A stretch of 64,000 nt of DNA from Auanema rhodensis. Taxonomy: Eukaryota > Animalia > Nematoda. The position numbers and the translations under genes are program-made. The stretch is from the NCBI GenBank assembly GCA_964057225.1, contig OZ059894.1:6014001-6078000 (forward strand), in the 5' to 3' direction. The first letter of the stretch is position 1, and the number at the start of each line of letters is the position of its first letter. Shown here piece after piece: positions 1 to 13,000 of the stretch. Below the pieces are notes generated by a model. It worked only from the letters and a program-made list of their open reading frames with translations. It made no database searches and was not told the origin of the DNA.

Positions 1-226
1 ATCCAACTAGTCCGGTTAGCTCAAGCAGCTCAGACGACAAAAAAGTCTTGTTAGACGTAAAGTTAAAAAAAGGGAAGCTTATTAAGATCCATATTTCTTA
101 AAAGATAGTTTATAAAATATATTTACTATATATAGAAATAAAATGATGAATAGTCAATCTGAATGAATTATAATAAAAAAAGATTTCTTTAGAACTTAAG
201 ATAATTGAGAGAGAGGATAACACAGA

Positions 227-228
<2 letters not shown>

Positions 229-266
<38 letters not shown>
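229..266. repeat. (GA)n microsatellite
   Basis: Perfect GA dinucleotide run. Confidence 0.95.
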
Positions 267-269
<3 letters not shown>

Positions 270-2013
270 GGAAGAATCGTATGAAAGAGAGGGGGGGAAT
301 AAATCAGGTCGTGAGAATATTTCTTTGATTTAGTGAGGTTGGAAACAAAAAAGGGATTTTAGAACGCTCTATCGTCTGAATCAAGAATCACAGGAGCTGA
401 ATGTAACAAAAAAAGTAGAGAAGAGATATATCGGATGCACTTGAGGGATTGCAGATATCCCCACAGAATTATTGAACATTCTGATCTTTAACGTGAATTT
501 TTTTCTCAAACTACTTTGTGTTGCAAAAAAAAGAACAGATATCAAATAAAAAAATTAGAATTTTGTCATTTTTTCCAAACCATTTAGCTTCATGTGAGTA
601 AATTCGACTGTCACGCAATATTTCCTTCACTTGCTTCAGAAGACAGGAAACTGGACTTTTTGATCCAATAATTTTAAATTGATCAAACAAAAAAAAAAGA
701 TTCTTTTTCGTTTGAAACGAGAAAAACATCGTTCAGTTGAAATTTTGAGATTTCAAATAATAAAGTATTTTATATTTGAAAAACACTTATTCACCATCTG
801 AAAATTCTCTAAGACATGTATCTAATCATGTTATACTTATATTGACTATATGTTTTCTAATGTATTTGTGTTAAAGAGATACAATTGAAAAAGTGTAAAG
901 TAATACTTTTTCATCTTGAAACTTAGAATAAAGTACATCCAAAATGACTAGATAGAAGCAATTAATTTGATGATGGGGGTTGCAACATCACGATGTGTAT
1001 AGCTCACTTAAAAGTATGTAAATGTAAGTTTTTGATGTGAATAGTACGAGCTGAGACGACTGAAATGTACTTAAAAGTTTATAAATTAGAAAATAAACAA
1101 AACAATTCATAATTGGGTTTTAAAAAAATTGATGAAAAGCTGATTGATTTTTGGAAATCTTGAAAACAGTCTAATGATGAAGTATATATACATACATGTT
1201 AGCTCTTCCTTTTATTTTATATTTTACTCAGCGTCATTCTTCAGTTCCCCATGGCTTTCTTGGAACTATAGCTTGAATCATATCTCTTAACCAATTAGTC
1301 TTCCATTGACATCTTTCAGCTTGATATAATGCTGAATAGAATTCAGATGACACTCACATACATACAAACAAGCACTATCATCATCATCACTTAACCCTAG
1401 TCTCATCATTTTAGTCATGATGACGCAAACGAATAGGTCACTTAAAACACCTACAATTCATACAAATTACCCAATTATTTGTTTATACTAAATAAACCTC
1501 ACGTTCTCGAATGATCAAGCTGCAATCTTAAAGCTAATTGGCAGCATTTGGCCTTTACAGTTGATTACTCAGTACCTCGTCACATTCAGAGTTTCTCTCA
1601 CACACACAAGAATCCAATGATCATGTTCTCGTCCACTTCAAAAATCAACAAAAATGGGAAAACTAATTTATAAAAAAGAAAAACAAAGTTTATTCTTTTC
1701 AATTAAAAATTATAGGGCAACTATTAGAAATGAATTTAGTATTATTACTTGTATGATTATATTTATCGTAGTTATTACTTTGATTTTAACACGAAGATCA
1801 TAATGTTCTTACAGCCATTTTATTTAAAAAAAGTAAAATATATCTAAAATGTTTGAAAGATACAAATATTTATGTTTAGAATAAAAGATAAAAAAGAGAA
1901 TATTAATTCATAGTTAGAAAAAACAAATAAGCAATTCAACTTTAGCTTTTCATTAAACATATCCGAATTATAAACTATATGAATGTATGAATATTAAAAA
2001 CAATTTTGAAATG

Positions 2014-2019
<6 letters not shown>

Positions 2020-2080
<61 letters not shown>
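2020..2080. repeat. (TA)n microsatellite
   Basis: Perfect TA run of about 60 bp; it produces the spurious YIYIYI ORF. Confidence 0.95.
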
Positions 2081-2082
<2 letters not shown>

Positions 2083-2658
2083 TTTAAATATAGGGATGAA
2101 AAGTAAAAAATATTTAACAGGAAATGAGTTAAAAATGTTAACTTTGTTAGAACTATGTAAAAACTTCTCAAAAGTTCTTATAAAGGAGAAACATTGTCAG
2201 AAAATGTAATAATAACATACAAAATATAATTTCTCGGAAATGGGTTTTTAAAATTTCAAATAATGAATAACTTTCGTGTGAAATAGGGATGTGATTAAGC
2301 GTGATATTGACAAGCGAATAAAAATGAAAAAAATTTATGTTTTATGTACTATTATTGACAAATTCAAATGTGAGATTTTCAAATTCGGAAATTATATGTG
2401 TAAAATTCACATAATTAAACTAATTAGCAGCATAATTAAAGCATTGACAAACTGCCGAAAACTCATTGTGAACTGTTCTCAATGGTCAACGAAGTTAAAA
2501 GATGAAACAGCACAGTTTGTATAAAATTTTCTTTTATTTTCTCTCGATAAAAAGCTAATTATATAGGTGAAATAAATATTTTTTATTAGCGTATTAGATG
2601 AAAAAATGAATAAATTTCGTTTGGAAAAAGAGAAAGATAAGATATGACGTATAGTTAC

Positions 2659-2728
2659 TAATGGGCCATCTGAAGGAATGACTGAATGTTAACGGATGTC
2701 CTTTCTCGTCATCTGATGATAGTTCCAT
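2659..2728 (-). CDS. Candidate first coding exon (MELSSDDEKGHPLTFSHSFRWPI, phase 1) of a minus-strand gene running leftwards
   Basis: ATG followed by a GTAACT donor in a locally GC-richer block. The 1-3300 region has the same plus-strand purine skew as other minus-strand genes here. No recognisable homology. Confidence 0.25.
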
Positions 2729-4283
2729 ATTTGGAAAAAGAGTTCGTCGTAGCTCACACAATTGGCTCTAATAAGAAGAAAAGCTATTCGGACGACGATC
2801 ACGACAACGAGGATGAGTAGGAAGCGTTGGCTATGGACCAGCACTATTCCGGCGTCAAAACGATGGAAATACTTAGCATGTACTGTCAATACATTCAAGA
2901 GCTGGAAAACTTCAGTCTGAAGCCAGCGTTCAGAGTCAGAATGATCGTTATTAGAAGCTTGCCCTGGAAACTTCATTGACATATTTTATTTTGAGAGAGA
3001 AGAGGAGGGAGAGGTTCGAGGGAAGGGGGGAGGATAGAGGGAAGCCGAGGGCTTCATGGAGCAGAGTGAGAGAGAAAAGCCTTTGTTTCACTAAGCTCTT
3101 CCATTTCATTTTTCATTCAATGATCCGCATCAGTAGTAGAGCATTCGTCGTTCAAACTTCGGAGGAAATGAAACAAAAAATCGGTATGAAGTTCAGATGT
3201 TTTCAGAGGAAATGCATGAGAAATGTGAAAAAGATAGAAAGTGTTAAATGTATGAAGAGAACGAAAAAGTAAATGAGAATGAGAGAACACAGATGGCATA
3301 AGACATAATATGAAGAGTCCTCTTTGCTAACTAGTTGATTATGATGACATCCGAAGCTAAAAATAATATTTTTCATTGGATTATCTAATAAACTTAATTT
3401 CAAGCATTAAGCAATCAAATATAAACGTTTTCATCTTTTGAACACGTATATTAATAATATTTTTAAATAAATAAAGATATATATAAGTATTATATTTATT
3501 GGTTTCGGTTTTCAAATACTTCAAATTAAAATTATCATATCTTTGAAAATTCTGATAATAAAATATTCTAAACCTTGTTTGTTTCAAAACCATTAATGTT
3601 TATTTTAGTCAACTTTTACCTCATCAACACCTAACTAACTGAGTAAATAATAGCCCATTCCTTCTCATAAAACAACTTTTAGCAATAGGTTTTAGATTCT
3701 TCGATCATTCACTGTTCTATAAATTTCCCCCTACAAAGTTTTGTATTTTCAGAAAGCAAAACAGGATTATGATCGATCTTAGATCAATCATATGATCTGT
3801 ATTTCATTCCTAGGTTTATTTCCTATATTTATTGTAGTTTACAACTTAAATATATTTCATATCAAAATATATTTTTTTATATTTCATCACTAAAAATCAT
3901 ATTTTACAATCATTTTTCATATATTTAAATTCTTTTCTGTTATTTTTTTCATTTTGTTCGAAACTTTTCATAATGTTAGTGATGATAGAACAACTGTTTT
4001 TATCTTTTTCTTTTCCAGTAAAACTTGATCACTATTGGTTCTTAAAGAAATCAATTCACAGAGAGTACATATCGACCAAAAATTACTCTTTCAGATGATA
4101 CAACATCCGTTGCTTCATCAATTTTTTGGTATTTTATCTGTATTAATATGGTTAATATTAATTTTTTTTTGATGAATAAAATAATTGAAATTTATAATAA
4201 TTAAGTCCACGTGTTTTACACGTGAAAATATTTCTTCTTTTTTAAATTTTTCATGTTTCAGTTACTACTTACCAGGATCGGTT

Positions 4284-6100
4284 ATGCACGAATTAATAAT
4301 CTTATGGTTAGTTTTTTTTTCTTTTTTTTTCACAAAAATGTCCCATAGTGTCTTGGTTTTTTTTTTTAAAATAAGAAATTTTTTAATAAAAAACAGAAAA
4401 TGTTGGAATATACATAATATTTCTTAGAATATTTAGTAATAAAAGCAGCTGCAAAAATTTATTTGAGAGATTATTTGATTATACTCGTTTCATTTTCATC
4501 ATAAATTCTAAAATTTTGGGCGAAAAATGATAACATTTCTCTACTTTCTATATACTTAATATACTAATTGTTTATGTTTTTAAGTAATCTGATAGTATTT
4601 CTTTCTTTAGGTGTATTTTGGCCTCCTTAACTCTCTTACTGATGTGGTCTAGATATTCTGGCCTTTTATATATATTATTATTTATACCATTTATATTTGC
4701 AATTGGCTATGCTTTTGCTAAAAATGCAAGAGTATCAGAAGAAACAGTAAGTACACTTCAATTATTATTTTGTGTTCATTCATCTTTTTTTGAAATCGAA
4801 ATTCTTTGATGGCTTCATAGTAGGAGGTCATCGAGGATCGCCAGAATCTGCGCCTGAAAATTCCTTAGCGGCAATGAAAGCTGTAAGTTTATTCTTTTAT
4901 AATCTTTATCTTATGTCTTTTTTTACAATTTTTTTGTAATTTTTTGTTAATTTTATGCCGGAAAATTGTATTTTTTTCAGGCAATGGAGGAAGGATGTCA
5001 GTTAGTTGAATTTGATATTCAACTAACAAGTGATGGAATTCCTGTTGTAATGCATGACGATAGCACTTTTCGAACCACTGGAATAAATAAAAAAGTTATT
5101 AAAATTAGAAAAAAAGGAAATTCTGATCGAAATATGTTGCAGATTAGTAAATCTCTAGCTTCAGAAATCATAGGAATGCCACTGAATAGTGTGAAGTAAG
5201 ATATTACCAGATGCTAGATTATCATTTGAAAATTTGGCAATATTAATTTAGAGTATATTTTAATAATTTAGTAATATAAACGAGACATTACCAACTATGG
5301 AAGAAGTAGTCGACTTTTGTGTTCAAAATGGCCTCAAAATGCTGTTCGATGTTAAACGCATGAATGACGTTGTAGGGAATTTTCCATTTTATTTATTTTT
5401 AATTAACTATTTAAAAAGTTTAGAAAATAATATTTATTTTCAGTTGTTAAAAGAACTTGTTAGAACAATACAAGAAAAGAATCTTTATACATCAGCTATA
5501 ATAAGTAGTTTTAGTCCGGATGTTCCATATTTCATCAAAAAAGCTGATCCAAAAATTCTCACCGGTTAGTTAATAATGGATTCAGCGTTATTTTTCGTTT
5601 TTCAATTTGGATGGATATAATTACCAACTTAGGCTTTACTAATAGACGAGCATTATATGGATTTTTAACTGAAGATGCATCAGTTAATCGTGGTGTATGG
5701 TGGAATCAATGGTTTCTGGAGTTTCTAGATGATCTCATGTTATTAGGTATGATCATATTCCCACTTAATGTTAATTGTTTTTTCCTTTTGTTTCCAGTTT
5801 TGCGTTCATTCATATTACCAGAATTTCTTGGAGTTGATATGCTTTTACTAAATCACAGGGATATTAGCCAGTATGTGAAACTTTTTTCTTAAAATTCAAG
5901 TTATTCAAATATATATAATCTGAATATATGTTTATATTCATTTCAATATATGAATATATTACAGAAGTATTGTATCAGAAGCTGAAAAGAGAGGTATGCA
6001 AGTAGTTGCATGGACTGTGAATGATCAAAAGCAGTTGATATGGATGAGAGATGTATTACGCATTCCAGTTCTAACGGATTTTCCAAAAATAGCTAAATAA
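4284..6100 (+). CDS. Glycerophosphodiester phosphodiesterase, GDE1-like membrane GDPD (10 exons)
   Basis: Spliced product has an N-terminal hydrophobic region and the GDPD motifs GGHRGSPESAPENSLAA, VEFDIQLTSDGIPVVMHDD, LPTMEEVV, LFDVK, IISSFSP, VVAWTVND and VLTDFP. Approximate exons: 4284-4306, 4611-4746, 4793-4882, 4981-5094, 5143-5195, 5272-5371, 5444-5564, 5633-5746, 5798-5871, 5965-6100. Confidence 0.92.
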
Positions 6101-6861
6101 TAATTGACTTTAAAAATTCATTCTTCATATTTAGATTTATTAATTAATTTTTTGATTTCAATCAAAAAAAAGCTACTAACTTTATCTTTGATTACTGGTC
6201 TATTATTTGGTGCTTCATCATTTTGTTCACAATATAATTTGATTTTAGTATTTCTATATATATATATATCAAAAATATATGTATATATGATGTAATATGA
6301 TTTTAGTACATATATTTCTTATTTTCCATTTTCATTTGAAAAAAAAAACACAAAAAAAGATAAATTCATATTTATATATATTTATATATTCATATTTCAA
6401 ATAATAAAACCCGTATGAAAAATCAGTTGAACTAACACGATAACTTGAAATCAAAAATTAGAAATTTCAACTAAGTTGCAATTCAGATGGACTTATTTTC
6501 AGAATTTAAGAATAGAAAAGAGAAACAGAAAAAAATGAGAAAAAATATTGAAGTTATAGAGATAGCGAATGTATCGAAAATAAACAATTGTTTTATAATT
6601 GGCTTTAATCCAATGATTAATAAATGCTGATAAACAAACAAACTATGTTTGAAAAAACTGTTTAGTTGTTAATCAATTTTGAAGTTTTTGAAAGACAATG
6701 GATAAAAAACCAATTAAATAAGTATAATTTTCAATTTCAGCATAAAATTTGAATATAGAGAAGAATATTGAGCAATAAGAAGAGATGTTATAGAAAGAGA
6801 TTTGCTTTAAGGAAATCATTTTTACATTTTTTTGGTACAAAAAGATAGTGAGGGAATAAAA

Positions 6862-6926
6862 TAGATTGATAGATAGATAGATAGATAGAAAGAGTAAGAT
6901 AGATAGTGATAGATAGTTAGAAAGAG

Positions 6927-6967
<41 letters not shown>

Positions 6968-6980
6968 AAGAGAAAGAGAG
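6862..6980. repeat. Compound (GATA)n/(GA)n microsatellite downstream of the odr-2-like stop codon
   Basis: gatagatagat... followed by gagagaga runs. Confidence 0.85.
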
Positions 6981-7064
6981 AAATATATAAACTGAGCTAA
7001 TGTCGATACTGACGTGCATGTCGTACCAACTATCCAAAAAGTTATTGAACCCGGTTATGTGTTA

Positions 7065-10000
7065 TCAACTCATCAAAAATATTAATAAAAATATTGAAAG
7101 TACTACAGATGACGTTCCAAGCGATAACGTTGAATTACAACGATCTCCGTAGCAACTACATAGTTGTACCTCACCAATGGCCGGTGGATCAGATGGCGTT
7201 GCGGGATTAAACAAATGTCCTCTTGATAGTGTTCGACATTGATTCTAAAATAGGAAAATAACGATAAGAAGATAGGACTCCAGATAATGTTTTGAGCTGG
7301 ACACAAACATTTTGGTGAAAACGATGAGTTCGCAAAGCTGTTTGGTTGAATCCATTCCTTAAAACTCGATCCAAGCAACCACGTATATGTTTGTATCCAA
7401 TGAAAACTCCTTAATACATTACTAATTATATATTTAGTTCTAGAAATTAAAGATTTTTAAGATCAGAATTTCAATTAAATGTTTATCTAAATGCAAATAA
7501 AAAGTTCCGGTACGGTTCGGAAAGTTTAAAAATTCCTGAACTACATGACACAATTTTTTTAATTTTTTTGCTAATTCCATGATTTTACATGAATTAAATA
7601 TTTTCAATTAGTTTAAATATGTTTATCATTCGTTATCTGTAATATACCTGCTTCTATATCTGGTTCTAACATTGATATACAAACTGAGCTGCATGAGACT
7701 GTTGGCATTCCTCTTTCATTGGCTGGATCTCGACATCGATCGGTAAATACCTAGAAAGTAAAAGAATATTTTTTAAAATCTCACTAGATGCGATGAGTAA
7801 TACTTTTGGATAAATATAAGTTGTTTGAAGATATCTCCAACTTGTTTGATATGATAATGACATACATGAGTAGCATTCAATCTGTCTCGGAATAGAACCT
7901 GTAAATGATATAACATTATGTAATTATATATATTTATAGAAAAAAAAAGTTATAATTCTTAGTTTCGTTATTCAATATATTAATGATTTTTATGAATTTT
8001 TCAGTTTATCATATCTTTCTGATAGCATGAAAGCAGGTCAACTTTACACGATCACCATATCTCACGAAATACATTCCGAGACACCTGCTCATTTTGCTCT
8101 CCAAATGAAACATAAATTCAAATTAATTAGTGTTTTTCTGAAATTTAATTGTAATCTTCCGATTTTGATATCGGTTTTTCCCACAGTGATCACATTATCT
8201 TTGATTTATGTAGATAAAGTTTCAGGAAACTTCGTTTAGAAGCTGTTTGCAACCCAAAAGTTTATAAGTTGAATGATATAGCTTTCAAACAACTATTAAA
8301 AATTATGACGTCAAGAAACTTTATGAATGAAGTTTAATTTATAAAAACAAACTTCAAAAGTAGAGAAAATTGTTTTTTATTATAATTTTCATAGCTTTTC
8401 ATTCAAAGTATATGCACAAACCCATTTCGTAGCTATTAGCAAAATGAAATAATCCGAGTAGAAAATCTAGATATAACATGTTGAATAGTTGGATTTCATC
8501 ACATAAGATATTTGATCTAGAAAATACAAAAAAAAATTCAAATAGTATTCAATAAAGTGTTAAGAATCATATTCAAATATTGAATTGACGACAATAATCT
8601 CACAAAATTAAAAGAGTGATATTCAGAAAAAAAAAAGAAGAAAATTGTAAAAAAACAAGTGAAAAAACCAAAAAAGACCAGAGTATGATTCAAAAGTAGA
8701 AGAAGAGAGATGAATTGGAACGCTGGTTTCTAAGAAAAGGAATGCTTATGCTGGTTCTCGCAGTTATAAAGTGAGGGCCATAAATCAGATGAGCAGTTCA
8801 AAATGTGCTAAGCTCAAGTATTAGGAAAGAAATATTTTCAAACATCAGAACTCTGTTTGGTTCTGTAATAGTCTTCTGAATTGAAAAAAATTTTATCTGA
8901 AAAACAACTATCTGGAAAATTGAGAGACCAGAGTCAGTGATGAGACGAGAGACTACATGTGAATGAGATCTGATGAAATGATGGATTGACAATCACGATT
9001 TTTGTGATGTAATTCTTAAATGTTTGAATAATGCATAGAAATAAAGAGTTGAAGAATCAAATAAATCAAGATTTTGAGCAACAACTTGAAGCTAATTATA
9101 ACTATATTGATTATACCATCCTGTCCAAAATAATTCCAAAAGCTTGCTGTTTGATATGACGGAAATGGCAAAATATAGATATGTGTATCTTGTAGAAAAT
9201 GGATGTTTCAATCGGACATCAAGAGGACTAGAGCAGAAAAGCTACACGACAAACGAACGATGTGTGTCGGCGATTATCGCATGTTAGCCATAGGTCCGAA
9301 GGGAATTGGCGACAAACGATGCCATCTAGCTGGACAATCGTCTCGTAAGTCAATGATACTCCTTCGTCATTTCTCCTGAATTTCGGAAACTTCACTGCAA
9401 TAAATAGAACAGTAGCATGCTTCCGAAAATGCACATGAGCTTAACGAGAGCTAAACACAGATGATTTGTTCTACTTAGATGAGACATGTATTTCTTTAAT
9501 CTATCAACTACATATCTATTGAGATATGAGACAATAGAAAAGTTCTTTATAGTAGTTAAAGCCCTTACATGTTAGATATTCACTTCCCAAAATAAATTTA
9601 TATATATATTTATATATAATATATAAACAAAGTATGTTAATTTAGAAAAAAAGTGAGGCACGTGGCATGCTATTTGGCATTTACGGAGTCAAGCTCATAA
9701 TAGTTTTCTATTAAAAGAAAAAAGTAGTAAGAGGACCGATACTATGTAAAGTGGAGGAAGGCTAGAAAGAAAGTAAAAAAAACAAAAAATAACAAAAAGA
9801 ATTATATTGGTTTGGATATGGTTAAGCTCATTGAAGTGCCACAAAACATCTTGAGTATAATTTTTAAATTTGCTGACTTTCAAAACTGTTAGTTAGTTTT
9901 GGTACTGAAATAAAGCAAGAGGTGAAATAAGAAATAGCTCAAAGAATAATGAATAAGGAAGACGTGATGATGTGTGTAAAATATAACAAATATATATAAA

Positions 10001-13000
10001 TCATAATAACACATATAGTTAAAGGTTAGCAGGATTATATTAAAAAATCATTAGGCTCTTCATCAGTTTTGGTTAACAGATCTGGAGGTCAGCGCCATAT
10101 GTCGTTTTGCGGTAATATTTCGCTCATAACTGATTGATGACCTGAGCACATCGTGCAAGGTGGCAATATTTAAGAAAAACTAAGACATTTTATGAAACAG
10201 ATTTGTGTTAATTGACAATGTTTCAGATATACTACGGAACAATTTGTTTCAATTGATCAGTGATATTACGGTAATGCTCAGATAAAGGCGGAGCTAAGGA
10301 TTTCCAGAGACTACTAGAGGTTTGCGTGTATCCTTCCACCCACAATGTCTTCACTCTTTTCTTCTATCTTTTCGTATTTCATCAACTCGGTACATTCTGA
10401 TTCTTCTCGTTCTTCTAAGCGAATGAGATATACTGACTGACCACTTTATTAAAGAGGAAACAGAAGCAAAAGGTGTAGAAGTATTAGTGATTGTTGTAAT
10501 AAGGTGGCGGTTGACTGAAAGGCTGGTGATACATCACTTGTGACAGTCGAATACAAGAATTTCGGACGACAAGCTAAGATGTATTATGTCGTCATCGTGT
10601 ATCTTAGGAATCAATTTCTTTCAATCCCCGACCGATTTGCCGAATTGATAACGGGGCACACAAAATAATTATAACAGGTGCTACACGTTCTGTAACACGG
10701 TAAGAACTCAGTTTCCGGATAAAAATTATTTAAAAATCTTAAAACTATTTGAATATATGAATCAGAATATGTATATATTCTGTTCCTGTAATTAATAAAT
10801 CTAATTATTATAATAGTAATAAAACTTCCATTTATTTTCCAAAAACATCTTTCAGGAAACGTATTTGAACATAAATACATAGATAGCCAGTAATGCTTTT
10901 TCTTGTAAGCGTATTCAGAGAGAAAAATGAAATGGTTATAAAGCTAACTTCCTTATACTACAATGACATCGTGTAGGGTCCGGGAAATGAGAAACAAGCA
11001 GTGCTATTAGATTGTATTACGCTATTGCATCATGTCAACTGAGAATACTAGAAGATCTCTTAAGCAGAGTAAGTTTCAGATAATTGCTTTGAAACGGTTT
11101 AATAGATCATTGAAAGCAAGTTGTGGAATGACGAAGATGATGAAAGAAATAGTTAGAATAGTTTGCGAGTATTAAGAAATGCAACCAGTCGTTATCGTTA
11201 GGACATTGGAAATGAAATAAGAAAAAGCTAATTAGCATAATTAAGAAGGAAACTATATATGCACTTATTGAATATGTGATTGAATTATTATAATATATTT
11301 TGAATAGTAAATAGCTTGGAAAAAATATATATACCAAGAGATTTTATAACAGAAAGAGGAAGAATAAAAAGAAGAGAGAAATACAGAAAAAGAGAAAGAG
11401 AGATGAAAAAAAATTTTTCTCTTATAGTCTGCTGAACTGGAAAATAACATTTGATTTGAACGTTGCTTGAGCAAAAATTGAAATCATACAAGCAGATATT
11501 TCAAAACAAAGGTCGAAATAGCTCATACATGAGGTAGAATGAAGTAGTCGTTCAGGTAGCAAAAATAGTAAGCGATTAAGAGGGATGACCAAAAACAACG
11601 AGAGAGAGAGATAGAGAGAGAGGGATAGGAAGTAACAAAGAGAGGATAAAATTCAAAGAAAAAATTGTTTCTATGCCATATAAAAATCTTAAAATGGCAT
11701 TTTCATAGCATATTATGATTGATTCATAGAGTTTTCAACAAAAAATGAAATTTGCTTTTTATACTTTTGTTCAGTGGCTTTTATTGGACGAGAGATGAGA
11801 ACTAATAAAATTCAAATAGAAGAAAAAAAATCGAATAAAGTTTTAAAATCAAGTTATTTAGAAGAATAGTACAAGTTCTATCTATGAAAATCCGATGAAA
11901 AGGTTTGTTTGTAATCGGAGAAGCGGATATGGCTCATAATTGGAGTCCTTGATGGTTATAAGCAAGGTTTAGATACTAGGAGTGTCAGACATAAGGAGAT
12001 ATAGCTCAAAAGTAAAAACGAAATGAGATATGGAATTATAGCAAGAGAATAGGAAAAGTGAAGAAAAAAGGAAAGTAAATCGAAGGTGAAAAAGTAATAT
12101 CGGATAAGAGAAAACGAACGAATAAGAGAAGTATAGAGATAAAAGGAAAAGGGTATGAAGAGAATGAAAACTAAAAGAATACTTGTGAAATATAGAAAAG
12201 AGAACCAAGGTATATAGATAAGATTTGGAATATTTAAAGTGCAGATGACAGGATGTCACATAAATAATATATAACTTCGCAGCTCAGTTTTGGCTTTGTT
12301 TTGAAACCTAAAACGCTGAACAAGTTGGTGGAACGCAAAAATCTTTTAGATGATCGTTGAACAAGATCATATTATGTCATAACATAAGTGTTCTATCAGG
12401 TGTCAAACCAATTAAAACTAGAGGAAAAACTGCTGTAAAGCTGATTATTCTGTTTAAGTAGGTGGTGAAAATAAGAAAAAAATTGTTCTCCAAGAACTAT
12501 AAGATATTATATAATATAGTTAATCTGGTGAATAGACTTCAACTATATTTATGTACTAAAGAATGCAGCAGCTTAGTTCCTATTCAAAATGAAAAGAATT
12601 TGTTCTAAGCACTTTATAACCTAATAAGATGGATTGAAAAGATAATAAAAAACCGCATATACATAGATATATGTACCTATATTCTGCTCAGAACAGGAAA
12701 TGTAGTTCAAATTAAACTGAAAAATGAAAGACAAATGCCCTCACGCCAATAAATTGTTCTGAGAATATTACGTAAAGAAAGAGAGCAAGGTGTTCAAAAT
12801 GAATGAAGCTTGATGAATATCCGAATAGAAATACAAGCACTTTTCTTGCCTGTGTCGCTATATCTCCAAGAAATCTTTAGTCAATCCGTCGGAATGTCTG
12901 GTGCTTTTACTTCCAAAACATTATTAGCGCGAAAGGCTGTTGAAGCTTAAGGTGCATCATGTTCAATGACCCATTGAGTGCAACTGAAGTCTATATACAT

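Noticed and set aside
2502-10200. CTGTTTCA (piRNA Ruby-like) motifs on the minus strand near 2503 and 10193
   Set aside because: Only a few scattered copies, consistent with chance in AT-rich DNA; no cluster.
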